From: Auanema rhodensis
Taxonomy: Eukaryota > Animalia > Nematoda
DNA: 64,000 nucleotides
Assembly: GCA_964057225.1 (NCBI GenBank)
Contig: OZ059898.1
Location: forward strand, 10,974,001-11,038,000
Direction: 5' to 3'
Shown here: one piece after another, positions 47,666 through 61,956 of the stretch
Layout: each line of letters opens with the position of its first letter
How positions within the stretch are numbered: position 1 is the first letter of the stretch
Made by a program: the position numbers and the translations under genes
Notes under the pieces: model-generated
Database searches by the model: none
Seen by the model: only the letters and a program-made list of their open reading frames with translations
What the model was told of the DNA's origin: nothing

Positions 47666-50089
47666 TTGATTATGTAGCTCATGAATCCAAGCATGACCAA
47701 TGCTACTATTGAACTGATGACTATCACAATAATCTCTGTTATTCCCAAACCACCTAGAAGAAAAGACGTTTATTCTGAAGCTACTTTGTTTCCGTGCCTT
47801 TGTCTTGGCAATATTCGTTATCAAATCCACAGTGAGGTACAGAAACCGGAAAATGCTGAACAAAAGAGTCAGTGCCAGACAAATCGAATTCAGTAGTCTA
47901 AGCATTAGCAATTATTGAACACATACCGGTGTTCACTCACATATGACCCATTGCTCAATGGAGTTATTCTTCCAGCTAATATATGTAGTTCTGAAAAACT
48001 ACTCCCGTATGTACTGGCCCGAGGTCCATATATCAAAATTTCTTTCTGTGCAATGCCGGCGCTATCGAAAAATGTGCCAAATCCACTCACAGCTTTAAAT
48101 GTAAACAATTCCCTATTGAAAGTATTGTGTTATTTACTATTGAATGTTTTACTGCGCATCGTATCAACTAGTTCCTGCGCTGTTAAGTCATTCTCTTGCA
48201 GGAGTGTTTCACCAAGTAATTTACCCGTATCATAGGCTGATATCCATCTATCGTATCGTGTGTTCGAGGACTGTAATTGTTAGTTAAGGGTTTTTTTTAA
48301 ACGTATTAAAATATTAGCTGATGTCCAATCGAATTTCGATAACTCTTTGTCGTTTCTTCCACAAAATGGGGGGCAAAGTTCTTTTTTAAAACTATTTGCA
48401 ACTCGGTTAGCCAAGTCAATAAACTGTTTATTTTCTAAACCAGAGATATACTGCTGAATTTGTTCATTACTTCAAACCTGACACAGCTGGCCAATAAGGG
48501 GCATATACAAAATGAACAACATTACGAACTAACCAGCTTAAATGACTTGCTGATAAAGCAACTCTCTCTCCTGAAGTTATAATGTATTGAATGCAAAAAA
48601 TATTTTCTAAACTTCTTGTTGTTAACCATCGTTTATCCATTCGATCTTGAAAATCAAAATGATTTACATTGATGATAAGATATCGTTTTGTTTCCAATAA
48701 TCCCAGTCTATCTAAAGCATATGCCAATGATAACCCATCATACTGTCCAAAACAGATATAAACTGGAAAATATTTAAATTATCAACATAGTTAATATTTG
48801 TTTGTGAATGTTCGCTTCAAATAATTACTTTTAACAAAAATATTTCGTAATTTTTTAATGAAGACAAGAAATTGATTCTTTTTGTCTGGTGAAATTTCGA
48901 TTTTGCTACTAGCCACAAGAATAGAAAGTTATGTTATTATTTTTTAAGATTTTGCAAATATCACTTTTGAAAAATCTTAAAAATCAAAAAATTTATTACA
49001 AATATTCAAAAAATGCTAGAATGAGCTTAAAGATCTTTTTTGAAAAAACGTAGCTTCAACATCATATTTTGAATTATATGACGGGATATACTTACTTCTT
49101 GTTTTCAGATATGTACTCAAGACATAATGAAGAATATTTTCAAATGGAAAATATTTGGAAAAGTAAGCATAAGTCCCTTCCTCATAATCAGCAACCTCAA
49201 ATACAATAATACATTATAATATTATAATATTATAATATTATTAATCACGTGTATATTATAAGAAGCCATAGCATCAAGAAGTAATGATGGATACATATCA
49301 TATGTTTTATCATACATATTAACTACGGCAACGTTTGTACAATTTTTTTCTTTCAGAAAATAAGCTAAGGCTCTGTAAAGCATTCTGAAATATGAATATA
49401 TATCATTTATTATTCGGTTTATTTTTATTTTTCATGTTATACCCTAAAGTTCGATCAAAATGTATTGTACCACGTAATGGAATAACAGTCTCTCCAATGG
49501 GATGATCACAGTCCTTAAAAAATCATAGATTCATTTAATATTGATAGCAATGATTAGTATAATCTCACATTTATAATCGCAGCTTTGCCATACGTTGCAG
49601 CAAGAGTTGCAGCTGCTCGACAATCTTCTGCATATCCTACAAGACTAAGATATGGATCAGTAGTATTCTCATCAAGTAACAGTCTTAGAGTTGTTCTAAA
49701 TAAATATTTCATTTTAAAGTTATAATGAGGTTTCTACTTAAAATACTTTGTTGTGCGTCCTTCATCAGCTGGAACTGATACACCCATCTCTACAGCTGTT
49801 ATATTTCGCACATAATTATATGGATCAAGAAATACGAACGATAAATTTTTCTCAGGAACTTTCAGATTTTTAGGAATTCCAGCATCAATCAAACCTCAAA
49901 TGCATAATTATATTGAGCATGAAATAAAGATAAACCTTCATAAAAACATTGAGCTCTGTAAGCCTCTTCAGGACAAGCATCACCACCGTATTGGCAAAGA
50001 TATCGGCCAACAAATCCGATTTTTGTTGATACTGATATGCTTATTAAGTAGCAACTTATATAACTTAAGTAGAATAGACAACCCAGCAT
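47666..50089 (-). CDS. Receptor-type guanylyl cyclase-like gene (gcy family), 5' part only: signal peptide, ANF-receptor-type ectodomain and TM exon; multi-exon
   Basis: Phase-consistent exons 50089-49936, 49894-49747, 49695-49569, 49513-49443, 49384-49249 and more downstream. Peptides: MLGCLFYLSYISCYLISISVSTKIGFVG, ALAYFLKEKNCTNVAVV, LKTRIYICFG, SAYDTGKLLGETL..LVDTMRSKTFN, the juxtamembrane hallmark PVSVPHCGFDNEYC, and TM exon 47753-47666 (GLGITEIIVIVISSIVALVMLGFMSYII) followed by a GTAAGT donor. Confidence 0.8.
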
Positions 50090-52404
50090 GAGGAAATTCT
50101 TAATAATAATTTTATAATAATAATGAACTAAATTAATTTGTGTATTGAGTTTTTGAAAAAAAAATAATATAACAAGTATATACACATGTGAGAAAAACGA
50201 AATAAAGCTTTTGCCTATTTGAGTAAAATTTTAAAATTGAAATGACAGTATACCCATACTTTCAATACTTTTCTATTTCAAATTTTCCTTCTCATTTCCT
50301 CTGATACCCACTAACTAATTTCCGTGATAGATATCAATAATATTCATATAGATATATTATATTTTCAATATATTAAATATCATGATTACGTAAACGTATA
50401 TGTATTTTATATTTATATTTCCCCCATTTAGTGTATTTTCAACTAAAACGGAATAAAAAGTTTTCTTTCGAATTCATTTAGATTGACTTATACAATTGAA
50501 TTATCTATGTAGATTATTTATTTTTGTGAAATGTGTATAAGATATAATATCAATTGCACGAACGTATTCCTGAAGCAATTTTTAGTCTTCTTACGACGTT
50601 GGATCAAAACACGTGCGTTCGAAAATCAAAAAATTACGATTTTTGGAATTAGCAAAAGACCAATACGCCAAAAAACCAAATATGATATAAACTTGACATT
50701 ATGAATAAGCAAAAAAACAAGAAAATTGAGTTTAACCTTAATTGAACGCAATCAGCTTGTGTTAATGACCAAAATAACTTATATAATCTGAATGTGTATC
50801 ATTTTACCAACTTAGATGAATACAGAGCGTGGCACACGACTCAACGTAAAGACGTGGACAGAACGGTCACATCAGATAGATGTATCAAAACGGTTCTGCT
50901 TTGAGATAACAAAGATGAATGTTATGTCTGTTCAAATTTGTTGATACTTTCTTATTACTTTACTTATATGATGTATATGTGTATATTAACACTAAATTAT
51001 GTTTGTTTGTTAGTCATTGTAAATAAATTCCTAAAATGTAATGTTTTTAGCAGAAAAAAGACAACTAATTTTAATTTTTTATTTTTCGCATATAATCATA
51101 TGAAAGTACATTGAAACATACATAGAATAGTTGGTGGATTTCATAAAAAAAATAAAAAAATAAAAACATTATGTACATTATGTATAAAATATGTATATGT
51201 GAATAAAAGACTAAAAGACATTTGTATGTCTAAGTGTGTGTTTGTGTGTGAGGGGTGCAAGATGAAGAGTAGTTGAAACTGGGCCACATTAAGAAGGATG
51301 TAATTGTTCTTAAACTATAAAGGTGAAAACAAATTGAAACAGTATAGTAACTTATATTGAGTTCAGTACATATATACCATAGTTGTATATGATGACTTTA
51401 TGTGTATATATTCATAACGATTCAACCGAAATACATATCAGCTTCATATGTACAATACTCTGAAGCATTGACAACACATCGACACACGTATAGAAAAGAT
51501 TAACAAGCATATCTTCTGTTTTCTAAATATTCTCTTTGATTTTACAATATATATAGATATATATATGTTTTTATAGTTATATATGATTTCATAGAATTTG
51601 TATGAAATAAACGAAAATTACTATCATTTTCTTAAATGGAACGAAAACTCAACAAAAAGAGAGGTAACACACGGGGATTATATCAACTACACGAATTTTA
51701 GGAAGTGGAAGAGAAATATATGTTCATAACCAGTCTAACCAAAAAAAAGGTTCTATACATGTTTCGTTTCTTAAAAATACTATATATGAATCAAAATAAT
51801 AATATACGTACATCTATATCTATATCTATATAGATATAGATGCATATATGCATATTTTTTTCAATTAAGTACATTACATACACATTAGATGTCTGTAATT
51901 GTGACACACTACAAATTTAAATTGTTGAAAGGAAAATCAGGAAGAGATTAAGTTTCAAAATGTGCCCGCGATGGAAAAAAAATCATAATTATGAGAATAT
52001 AATTATCTGATATCTATTTTAGTATATAGATATATCTAGATAATAATAACCAATGCAGATCAAGAGATTGTAAATGGTTACTGTATTTATAACCATGAGC
52101 AGGGAAAATTTGGGAGAAAAACGTAGTGGGTGTTTGAAGAAAACTTATACATATATTACAATGTTAAAATAAGGAGTAGAAGAAACAGCTTGTAAAAACT
52201 GTTAAAATCTGCATAAAAATTGAAACATAACTGATCTTCAATCAATTTTGTGTTTGTTCTTCTTGTAAATTTAATAAAAAACATAATGTCGGATTATCTG
52301 TTTTGTTGGATAAAACAGATTCGGAAATATTCTTAGAAGGCTGCAAGAATATTCAGCTTCTAATATGTTGTTGCAGACGGTGGTCATGATGTTGATGCTG
52401 CTTC

Positions 52405-54338
52405 TTATTTTTTGCCCAAATTCAGATTTTTCAATAAATCTTCCGGAATATTATCTTTTAAAATTGAATTTTCCGTTTCCAAGTGATGAATCTGAAAAAT
52501 GTAAAGTATTAATAGTCATATTCATAATCATACGTAGTATTTTCTAAGTTAAAAATACTTTTTTTTGGATCAAATAGTAATAATATTTCAAAAATGTTTA
52601 TGATTGGGGATGGGTATCTATCATGTTAAGACAGACGGTGAAACATCATCAATTTCAGAAACTTCTGGTCTTATCAAGTTTTTTGTGTCATATTCATATG
52701 AAATATATTGTACAATCTTTTGTACTAGATGGTCAGTATATAAAAGTTTGATAAAGACAAAGAGAGAGAAATAGATAGAGAAAGAGAGAGGAAGAGAGAG
52801 AGAGAGAAAGAGAGAGAAAGGAGAATTAACTATCATATATAATTTATATATAGTATATAAACTTATATGTACATATGTATTTATACAATCATGTACATGT
52901 ATGGGTATCTATTTTTCAATTAATAGCCATAATAGCATAAGTTACAATGTGTACTTGTATTATATATATTTCGGGCGATGTTTCATTCTAAAAATAACCC
53001 ATTTTTTCCAAGCTCTTCTTTACAATATATATGTGACAATGATGTCACTTAGGAAAACTAACATCAATGGGTGTTGAAAGTTTTTTGAGAGCATGTCATA
53101 CGAACATATATCTACGAAGCACGTGCTACTAAGAAAAGCGCCAAGAGGAATAGAAAATGAACATCATAAACATGATGTGCTTTGCACAACACACTTTTTT
53201 CATATAACTATAGCGATACTAACCAAAAGAACCAGGAAATAATACTTATTTTCAAGCAACAATCACCGTTTTTGACCAATTTCTTCAATTAAAACCAGAC
53301 GATGATGGAATTACAGTTGTTAAAAGAGCACCAGGTGCATCATGATTTTGATTTTCCCACTTTCATATCAAAAGATTAATGTCATATTTAGATGTTCTTA
53401 TAATATACTAATATAATTTCTTTCGATATTTGGGTTACTGGAAGCGAAATAGTTAAAACAACCTGATTATCTTCTAAATATTATCATTAAACAGTACAAT
53501 TTTATTGTTTAATGCAATTGTAGCAGTACTTTCATGTTACAAATTACGAAATAATTTCGAAAATGAGATAAATAGTTAAATCCTCTTTTTTTATTTGTTG
53601 AGTATTAATTGTCAGTTTAATGTATTAAACTCCATACATTTGCATCATGAAGATTAAGTTTAATAAACCTATCTTAAGTTTTCTATCAGGAGGTAAACTT
53701 GTTTTCCATTTTTATATGATTTGGGAACGAAAGATAAAAGCTTCTAAAGCATGAACAGAATGAAATGAAATAGTAAAATCGAATAAACTATTATTTTCAA
53801 GTGATAAGACTAGTGTAAAGAGCGGAACGTTCAGATTGTTCTGAACAAAGGATTTCTAAATTTGGAGAGCTTTTCTTGAGATGAAGGACCAAAAAATGGA
53901 ATCGTTTTAATTTTTTTTTTTTCAAAAGAAAAACAGGAAAAGAAGATATTTATAAGTGTACGACTTACATGGGTCTCCAGATCTACAATCTTGCTCCTTA
54001 ATACTTCAACTTCTTCCCGTACTGCAAACATAAGATGGGTTTTGACTAGATCCTGAAATTCAAAACGTTAAAATAGACTTTTCAGATGATAAACGAGAGA
54101 TATATGTGAATTGTATAAAACCTACCATAGCCTGCTCAATTTTCGAATCAATTGCAACTATAGCTGGAGAACTGCCATTGTTGTTCGATGATGTGCTGAA
54201 AGAACGTGAATTCCAGTGTTTTGAATTAGAATTATTATAGTGTCTAGTAGCTGTTGGACTCCAATAAGCTGGAGTTGATGGAGCGGAGCATACGGGAGAA
54301 TAGCATGTCTCATAGCGAGCACGTCGGATAAGGGCCAT
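52405..54338 (-). CDS. tsct-1: TSC-22/DIP/bunched family leucine-zipper protein, ~127 aa, 3 exons (54338-54126, 54052-53969, 52491-52405)
   Basis: Spliced product ...IVAIDSKIEQAM|DLVKTHLMFAVREEVEVLRSKIVDLETH|IHHLETENSILKDNIPEDLLKNLNLGKK* gives the TSC box plus zipper. GTAGGT/GTAAGT donors, TTTCAG acceptors, all phase 0. Confidence 0.93.
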
Positions 54339-57066
54339 TGCTAAGACTTTTTTGACTTTAATGTGATAGTCTCAGTCAGTAGAGAGAGATGTGTTTTTGA
54401 ATTAGGATATCGCTGATGGGAAGAACTGTCTTTTGTATGGATAGAATGAGAACTATATCAATGAAGATGTCGTCTTTGACGACAACGACACAGTGATTGC
54501 AGACGAAACGGATTGGGGAATGTGAGATGGTTGGAAGCTTTGACCCTATAGCCCAAGGCTAGACTTGAGCTGTTCTGTTGATAGTTTTTCACTCGAGACT
54601 AAAACCTTTAGATAGCTGATGCACGAGTGTGGGAGAGAGAGTCAAGAACTGCATTGTCGTCCGGGGTCGTCTTTTAAGTACAAACACACGTGATTGAACT
54701 AGACGATGCGACATGCCGTCGCCTTGATGCCGCTAGTCCTGTATTCACCGTCTCTACCCGTTCATCTATGTCAGTTCTCTTCACTTCAACTACTATCTCT
54801 CAGCTTCTTTTGTTTCCCAACACACCGATTAGCGTCTTCATCAGAGAACAACCCTCCCCATTTTCTTTCTACTCACACCATACTACTTATTCGTCTATTC
54901 CAATTTTACCGATTCTCCTCTTTTTTCATGAATTGAAGAAATAAGAATCAGATGAAAAAGAATGTTCACATGAGTTTAAAAATAAGAAAAAGCTGAATAT
55001 GCGCAAGATCAAAGTATAAAAAGAATACAATTAAATTTCATTTCTCACAAGGTTCAATAAGTCATATTGACACGAAATAATATCATTTCTTATCATATCA
55101 AATACATTTTTTGTCTTTTTATTCTTTTCTTTTTTTACTAAATATAACATTAGGCTGTATCAACTCAAATTGTCATCAGCCCACCCTACCAGCATATGTA
55201 ACAACTCTCTTCATGACTATCTCTCACCTACTTTTTTATTTCTAAAATAGTCTCTATATATTTATAAATAAATAAATATATAAACAACATATAAAATTTA
55301 AAAAAAAGACATAATATTCTTACATACTCGTGATATTTTATTGTTTAATACAGTAATCAAAATGATGGACAAACATCTCTTTTTTTACGGTCATAGCTAA
55401 ACCAGAAAGAAAAATGATCAGTAAAAGTTATATGCATATATATATTCTTCACTATATATATATTCATTTCTTCTAATCATATCATCAATATTTTTGAGAA
55501 AATTTTATTAAAAATTATGATTTTTCATATCATTAATTGGATTTGTAAATTTCCTCTTCTTTTCCATTGAATTAACTTTGTCTTCAAAGGTATATTACAA
55601 CAACAACAATTATTCTCCAATTCAATGACATCTATATATATCAATGATATCAGCTTTCAATACATGATATTCTTTTACCTTTCAATAAATTAAATTTCTT
55701 TTAATAGAAAAAAAACACATCTGGTATAAATGTTGTTCTATCATCATGTGATGATTGGGTTTCCCCCCTTTCGCCTTTTGCCTGCTGCTTCCTGATAACA
55801 ATTTCGCTTTTTGTGTTAGTCTCATCTGATTTTTAAAAAATCATAGAATTAAATAATAAAACATCTATATAACTAGAGACATAGAAATAGATAGATAAAG
55901 AACATTTGAGTTTTACAATGTACATGTCTTTATTAATATGTCGAATTCCCTATCCCCGATTCCGTCAAAATTCTTCCCATACTTCCAAAAAAAAAACCAA
56001 AAATTCATAAATCATTCAAGAAATATTTGTTTTATTAGGTGGGTTGAAATATATATTTATTTAGTTTACCGTTCTGTTGAAACATATTGTTGGAAGGATT
56101 CACTACTAAGAGGGAATAGACATGCACGAACGGCCATCTGGTTGAGATCAAGCTAGGAAAACACGAGAGATCCTTAACGGATAGCACTGCAAGTTGTGTC
56201 AAATTGTTTCTTTTATAACGAATAAGAGCGAAATTATAATAGAAAAACGAATAAAAAAGTTGAAAACTGAGTAAAAAGTTAAGAAAATAAGTAAAAGGGA
56301 AAAAAGATAACAAGTTTCTTTGATATATAAATAATGTGTGTTAAGATAGATCTATGATTTTGAGAACAGATGTAGTAATATGATATTCCCAAATTATATG
56401 GGCATAATTTATAAAAAAATTAGAATATAAATTATTACAATATAATTAATCTATAGTCCATCTTTAGAATGCTTAATACAAAGTTCTTCCTTTTGATTTT
56501 AGAAAAAACAGAAAATAAGAAGTTAGACTGTCGATAAATGAAAAACATTTAATACAGCTTTAATGCTACTGAATTTTCAGGAAATGGATAGGTTTTTGAA
56601 ACGACAAGAAGGCTTACAAACGAACAAAAATCATTGGTAACCCATGAGACAGCCAAAGAGTAATTCTACGAATTTTAGGAAACTATTCAGTTATCTACAT
56701 ATAGTTAACCAAAATAAGTGAATAAAATTAAAAAAAAAGATGTACACTGGAGAACAAAAGTTAGATATGTATATGTATGTACATATAGTATATAGTTAGC
56801 AAAAAATTGGCAAAGAAAAATATTTTTTAATCCTTATCAAGAATATATATTTATATATATACATATATTTATATTTAATATTCACAAATGCCTTTCTTAA
56901 TCTCGAAATACTTATTTGATTCGTTGATCTTTAGAAATATGAAGCTGAATTATGATTTATGCAAAAGCGTTATTACCTCAGAATGTGTTGAAGAAAGCAA
57001 AAGACTTTTTGAAAAAAAAAGTTTGAAATTATTCAGATAATATACGTTTAGACACAAAGTGAATTT

Positions 57067-57140
57067 TCTCTCTCTTTCTCCCTCTCTTTCTCACTGTCTA
57101 TTTCTCTCTCTCTCTCTTTATCTCTCTCTCGCTCTCTCTT
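57067..57140. repeat. Imperfect (CT)n low-complexity tract
   Basis: Visible CT dinucleotide runs. Confidence 0.75.
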
Positions 57141-59189
57141 TCCTGTTTATCTTTTTAATAACTTTTATACTCCTCGGTAATTACCTTTCTCAGCGAGTAC
57201 AGAATTTCAAATTTCATTTCCACTCACTCTTTTCTTTCTATTTTGTTCATTTTCTCACTCATCTGCGCCTATGATTGAACACGAGATGCCTTACTAGCAT
57301 AGCCACCTACGCCTCTTTGTCTATATCTAGTCGATGACCTGGAAATCATAATCCAGTGGAGCAAACAAAAATTGAGAAAAAAGTTTTTTGATGAAGGAGT
57401 AGTGTCAGCTAATTTGATATCCAGATATATGTACAAGTAGGAGGGAAAAGCTCAACATTTTGATTAACTATACGCTTGATTTGATTTATATCTCGTAAAA
57501 ATATAACTTTTTTATTAACTTTTGCTTGTAAATTCATAATAATATAAGCTGTTGATTAGAATATTTTTCATCATTCAAGTATATTTTATGAATAAAAGCA
57601 AAAAAGGTAGAGATAAAAAAGAGAAAGGTCTATGAGAGATGTATGAAAAAATGAGAAATGACAAATGAGTTTTTGTTTTGTGATGTTTGAACGACAACAT
57701 GTTTTTTTGATGATGTAAAATATGCTCATCTAATTAGTCAGAATATTTAAAATTCAAATTTGACGCTTTAATGCTGTAAGTCTCTACGTTTTAACAAATA
57801 CAGAGAAAGACATCTTTTGTATCAAACTTAATTAAGAAATAAGGTAGTCTTGAAAGATCGAGAAACAATATTGAGGAAAACGGTGTATCTATGTTGTTTT
57901 ACGTGTAAAAATGAAAAAACAAATGAAATAAACAGAATTATTTGAATATATTATTCTTTCAGATTGATAGAAAAAATTGTTTGACAAAAGAAATCCAAAG
58001 ATAATTGGACGTTTAATATGAGAACTACATGAGATGTTCATGATTTTTCGTTTGAATGCTGCTAGAAGAAACTATTTCTGGGAGATAAACAAACTTGCTC
58101 AATCACATCAATTAGGATTGCATGAAAACGATTTATAAAATCATAGAGCCCATAATGCCAACGAAAGTTTGCAGATCTGTTTTCTCTTCTTATTTTCATT
58201 ATTTTATCTTCCCTCTCTCACTTTCTGAGATTGTTCTTCTGTTTCATACATACACACTTTTCTTTTTTCAACTATACTTTGTTCATATCTCTCATATCCT
58301 CTCACTTTGTCAATCGCTTCATCTCTCTCACTTCTTATAGTTCTCTCAGAGGTCTTTTTCAACATCATTCTTGTCTGATATGTCATAACAGATTCAACTG
58401 TTGAAACCAGCTGCTTCATATGAAGATAAGGATGATATGCAAAGGACAGATACGACTCCGTCTCAGGTGAGAGGATATGTTTTTCCGTTACAAAATGATT
58501 TTTTTATGTCTGAAGCATCAGTTGTTCACATATGATATAGTGGAAAGGAAAAAATCGGAGAGATCTTTGAATGAGAGCTCAAACCAGGCGAAACATGATC
58601 GACATTAGGTTTTTTTTGGTAAAAAATATTTTTCTATCAAAAAGCACAAACATATAGAAATGAATGAGAAGTCAGAAACGGATATCTGAGTGAACGTCAT
58701 GGTTATCGTAGGGAAATAATTGAGTCGGGAATATAAATAGTTTAATATAAATGAAAATAATAATTAATGGAAAAAGACCTGAAGAGCTATTCCAGGTTTG
58801 GTCATTTTCAATCTAGCTAGACAAGAGATCAGATTGAATGAATCAGAAATGGAACCAAATGATCAAAATTTCAATATGTGTCTTTTGATTCATTTCAAAA
58901 TGCCCAGAGGGCATGTTGTGGAGCGAAAGATGACTGTGTAAAGCTTTAGAGCATGTTATGTCTTTGAGCTCTCTGGCCAACAATAGGCTGAATGACTATG
59001 GTGTAATAATCTTCTTTTAAAGCCGGACTTTGATGCAATAACACGTAGCTTCATTGTGGAATTATATTATAAGTTTGAGGATAGATTGAGAGAAAAGAGA
59101 AGAAAGAGAAAGTTAAAGCTGTAACCATTGAGTGATGAAGAGAGGTAGAGAGAGGGAGAGATTTAAAAGAAGAAAGGGAATGGAAAAAC

Positions 59190-59193
<4 letters not shown>

Positions 59194-59227
<34 letters not shown>
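59194..59227. repeat. (GA)17 microsatellite
   Basis: Perfect dinucleotide run. Confidence 0.92.
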
Positions 59228-59231
<4 letters not shown>

Positions 59232-61908
59232 GAAAGAGGGATAGAGTGAGATATGGATGACGAGAACGGAAATATTTGACGTAAATAAAATTGAAAATAA
59301 AAATTTCAAAAAAGCTGATGAGAAACATTCACGTGTTTTCACGTAGCAACTAACTTTGATGTAAGTTCAATGATATTGAATAAGCTACATATTTGAGATG
59401 AAACAGACATTTTTATTGAACTTCTTAGAATATTCAACCGGAAGTCAAAAGTGAATAAATAAGTTTAAGAGTTTAAGTGAAAAAAAAGAACAATGTATAT
59501 GTATGCATGCAAAAGATGAGATGAATGGACTTGATTAATTAGCTTAGCTGAGTGTGATGATCACAACTGAAACTATTAATCTATGTGAGTGTGTTGGACA
59601 ACGTTCTACTGGAGGATAAGATCAATTTTTGTCTTCTTCTTCAGGAGATAGAGATAGAAAGTAAGAGAGAAAATGCCATTAGACGAAACAAGCTAGAAGA
59701 AAAAAATCAGAAAGAAGCGGAAGAAGAAAAAGAATAAGCAGAATAATTCCGAAAGAGTGATGGAGAATTATGAGATAATGAGAAAATTAGATATGGAAAG
59801 AGATGGAGAAGAAGCTGATTTGAGCAGCAAGTGTCGTAAGAGGATATAAACCAATTGCGAATGTGAAAGACCACAAACACACTTCGACATGAATAACAGG
59901 CGATTAAGTACAAATCGTTCATGTATGCTTTGTGGCGGATAGAATTTGAATTACATGATTATTATATCATATAATTAATTGAATTACGACATAGTTACCT
60001 GATCGAAATTAGTCTGAATATGAAAAATTGTGAGAGCAGAAGATGGAAGATTATTAAATATGCATTTGGTTTATTCAAACAAAATGTAAGGTTTATGATT
60101 TTATATACTACTGAGTTTTCATGAGTTTTGAGAAAAATCATGTCATTATAATGATTCAAAAGTAAAACAAAATTATAATGATGAGGAAGATGATGTTGAT
60201 GAAAAAAGATGAGATGATTGAGTGAAAGACTAGAAAACCAATATTTTGATTGTTCTTTGGATCTTTGTAAAAGATTTTACTAATGCTCTAGCTGTACTTC
60301 AAGTGCATTCTTAGAAAAATTTTGTCTTGGCCCAACTAAAAGAAAAATCCTTGAGAACATTAGATAAAGTTTAAATGCCGTCAAAAGAGTAAATCTTTGA
60401 TGTTCAGACATGATATGAAACTCGAACACATCAATTTTTCGAAATATCATATGATTAGATTGAGATTTTTTAATAATATGAAAGATTATGATTAACTATA
60501 TCATATAGTTTATGAGAAAATAAGTATGATATGCAATGTAATGTTAACAATTACAACTAATTATTTCATGATAATGAGGTGTAGCAGTATTAAAAACAAA
60601 ATGGGATAGATAATGAAAAAAATGAGAGAAGCTGATTTCAATGTATTCTCTCAGCTTTTTTGAAAGTAAAGTCGGATAAGAAACGTTTCTTAAGTGATTT
60701 CCTTGTCCTTGCTGTCTATGGCCTGACGATGTCACATAGAAAATGTGTAAAAGTCCGGAAAAGCTTGGTGATGAGCAACTGTTCAAAAATCAGTTTCAGC
60801 TCTGTTTTCTCGAGCTCGTATCACTCCAGTTTTAGAACCTCTCATATTCCTACTTCCTCATCTTATTCAATACTCATTCACTTTACACTTTTTTCGTGTT
60901 TCACCGAGTTTTGTTTTTAGAGTTTGACTCGCACGCTTTGACTCTCTGTGCCTTGTTCTCTAAGCTTTGCCTTACTCTTTACGTCTTTTGCATATAAACG
61001 TTTTTTTTGTCAAATATGTTCATGCTCTTCATTGGTAAACTTCGAGTCAGGTCTCAATTTTCAGTTTTAGCAAACACATTACAAAAATATTTGTTGGGTG
61101 CACTAAGAAAATGGATTGAAAATAATATGAAAAACTATGAGTCATGAAAACGACTGAGCTGAAGCTAAAAAAAGAAAAACTTGCCTCGGAATGATAGAGA
61201 ATGAGGAAGAATGAACGCTAGCCAACGAATTAGCTTAAGAAAACGTTTGCCAAAAATAGAGAGACGTAAATGCCACTAGAAAATAAGAGAGAATAAATGT
61301 AGATAGAGAGAGAGAGAGAAGAGGGGGAGAAGATAGAGAGAGTATTCTAATGTGCCAGAGATAGATTTTAGTTGTTTTATTCAAAGGGCAAGAACTGAAC
61401 AAGAGAACAAAGAAGAAAAAATGGGAAGTCTATGCCATTTTGTTCTCAAAAAGTTGTGTAACTGCAGAAAAAAGAGCAAGAATGCCGGAGGTCCAGTGCC
61501 TTTATGGCTTCTAAAAACGGCTCTTTGCACCTTGTTTTTGAGGTAAAACCTCAAACGTTTTATGTGTTCAAATTTAGAAGATTGGTGTAGTAGAATATCA
61601 AGTATGAAAGATTGTTTGGATTGTGAGCTAAATAAAATGAATGAAATCAAGAGGTAACTGAACTTTTCCGTGAATTGGTATTCATAAACAGGATAAGAAC
61701 ATGAAAAGTGAAGTTAAAGGAAAAAAGATAAGAAAAACGTATCATACTTTTATAGAAGACATATATAAACTTTGAATATGATCTTATACAACTGAATTAA
61801 GGAAGAAAGGAAGAAGAGTGTGAAGTATGTCTCAATGTTAGAGATATAGAGGTACGTCCGTAGAAAGAGAATAAGGGAGTGAGAATTTCGAAAAAAAGAA
61901 AAAGAATT

Positions 61909-61913
<5 letters not shown>

Positions 61914-61949
<36 letters not shown>
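61914..61949. repeat. (GA)18 microsatellite
   Basis: Perfect dinucleotide run. Confidence 0.92.

Positions 61950-61956
<7 letters not shown>

Noticed and set aside
47609-50185. ORF-track ORFs 47609-47911, 47681-47896, 47915-48235, 49900-50091 and others as stand-alone genes
   Set aside because: They are wrong-frame, antisense or partial-exon pieces of the spliced gcy-like gene.
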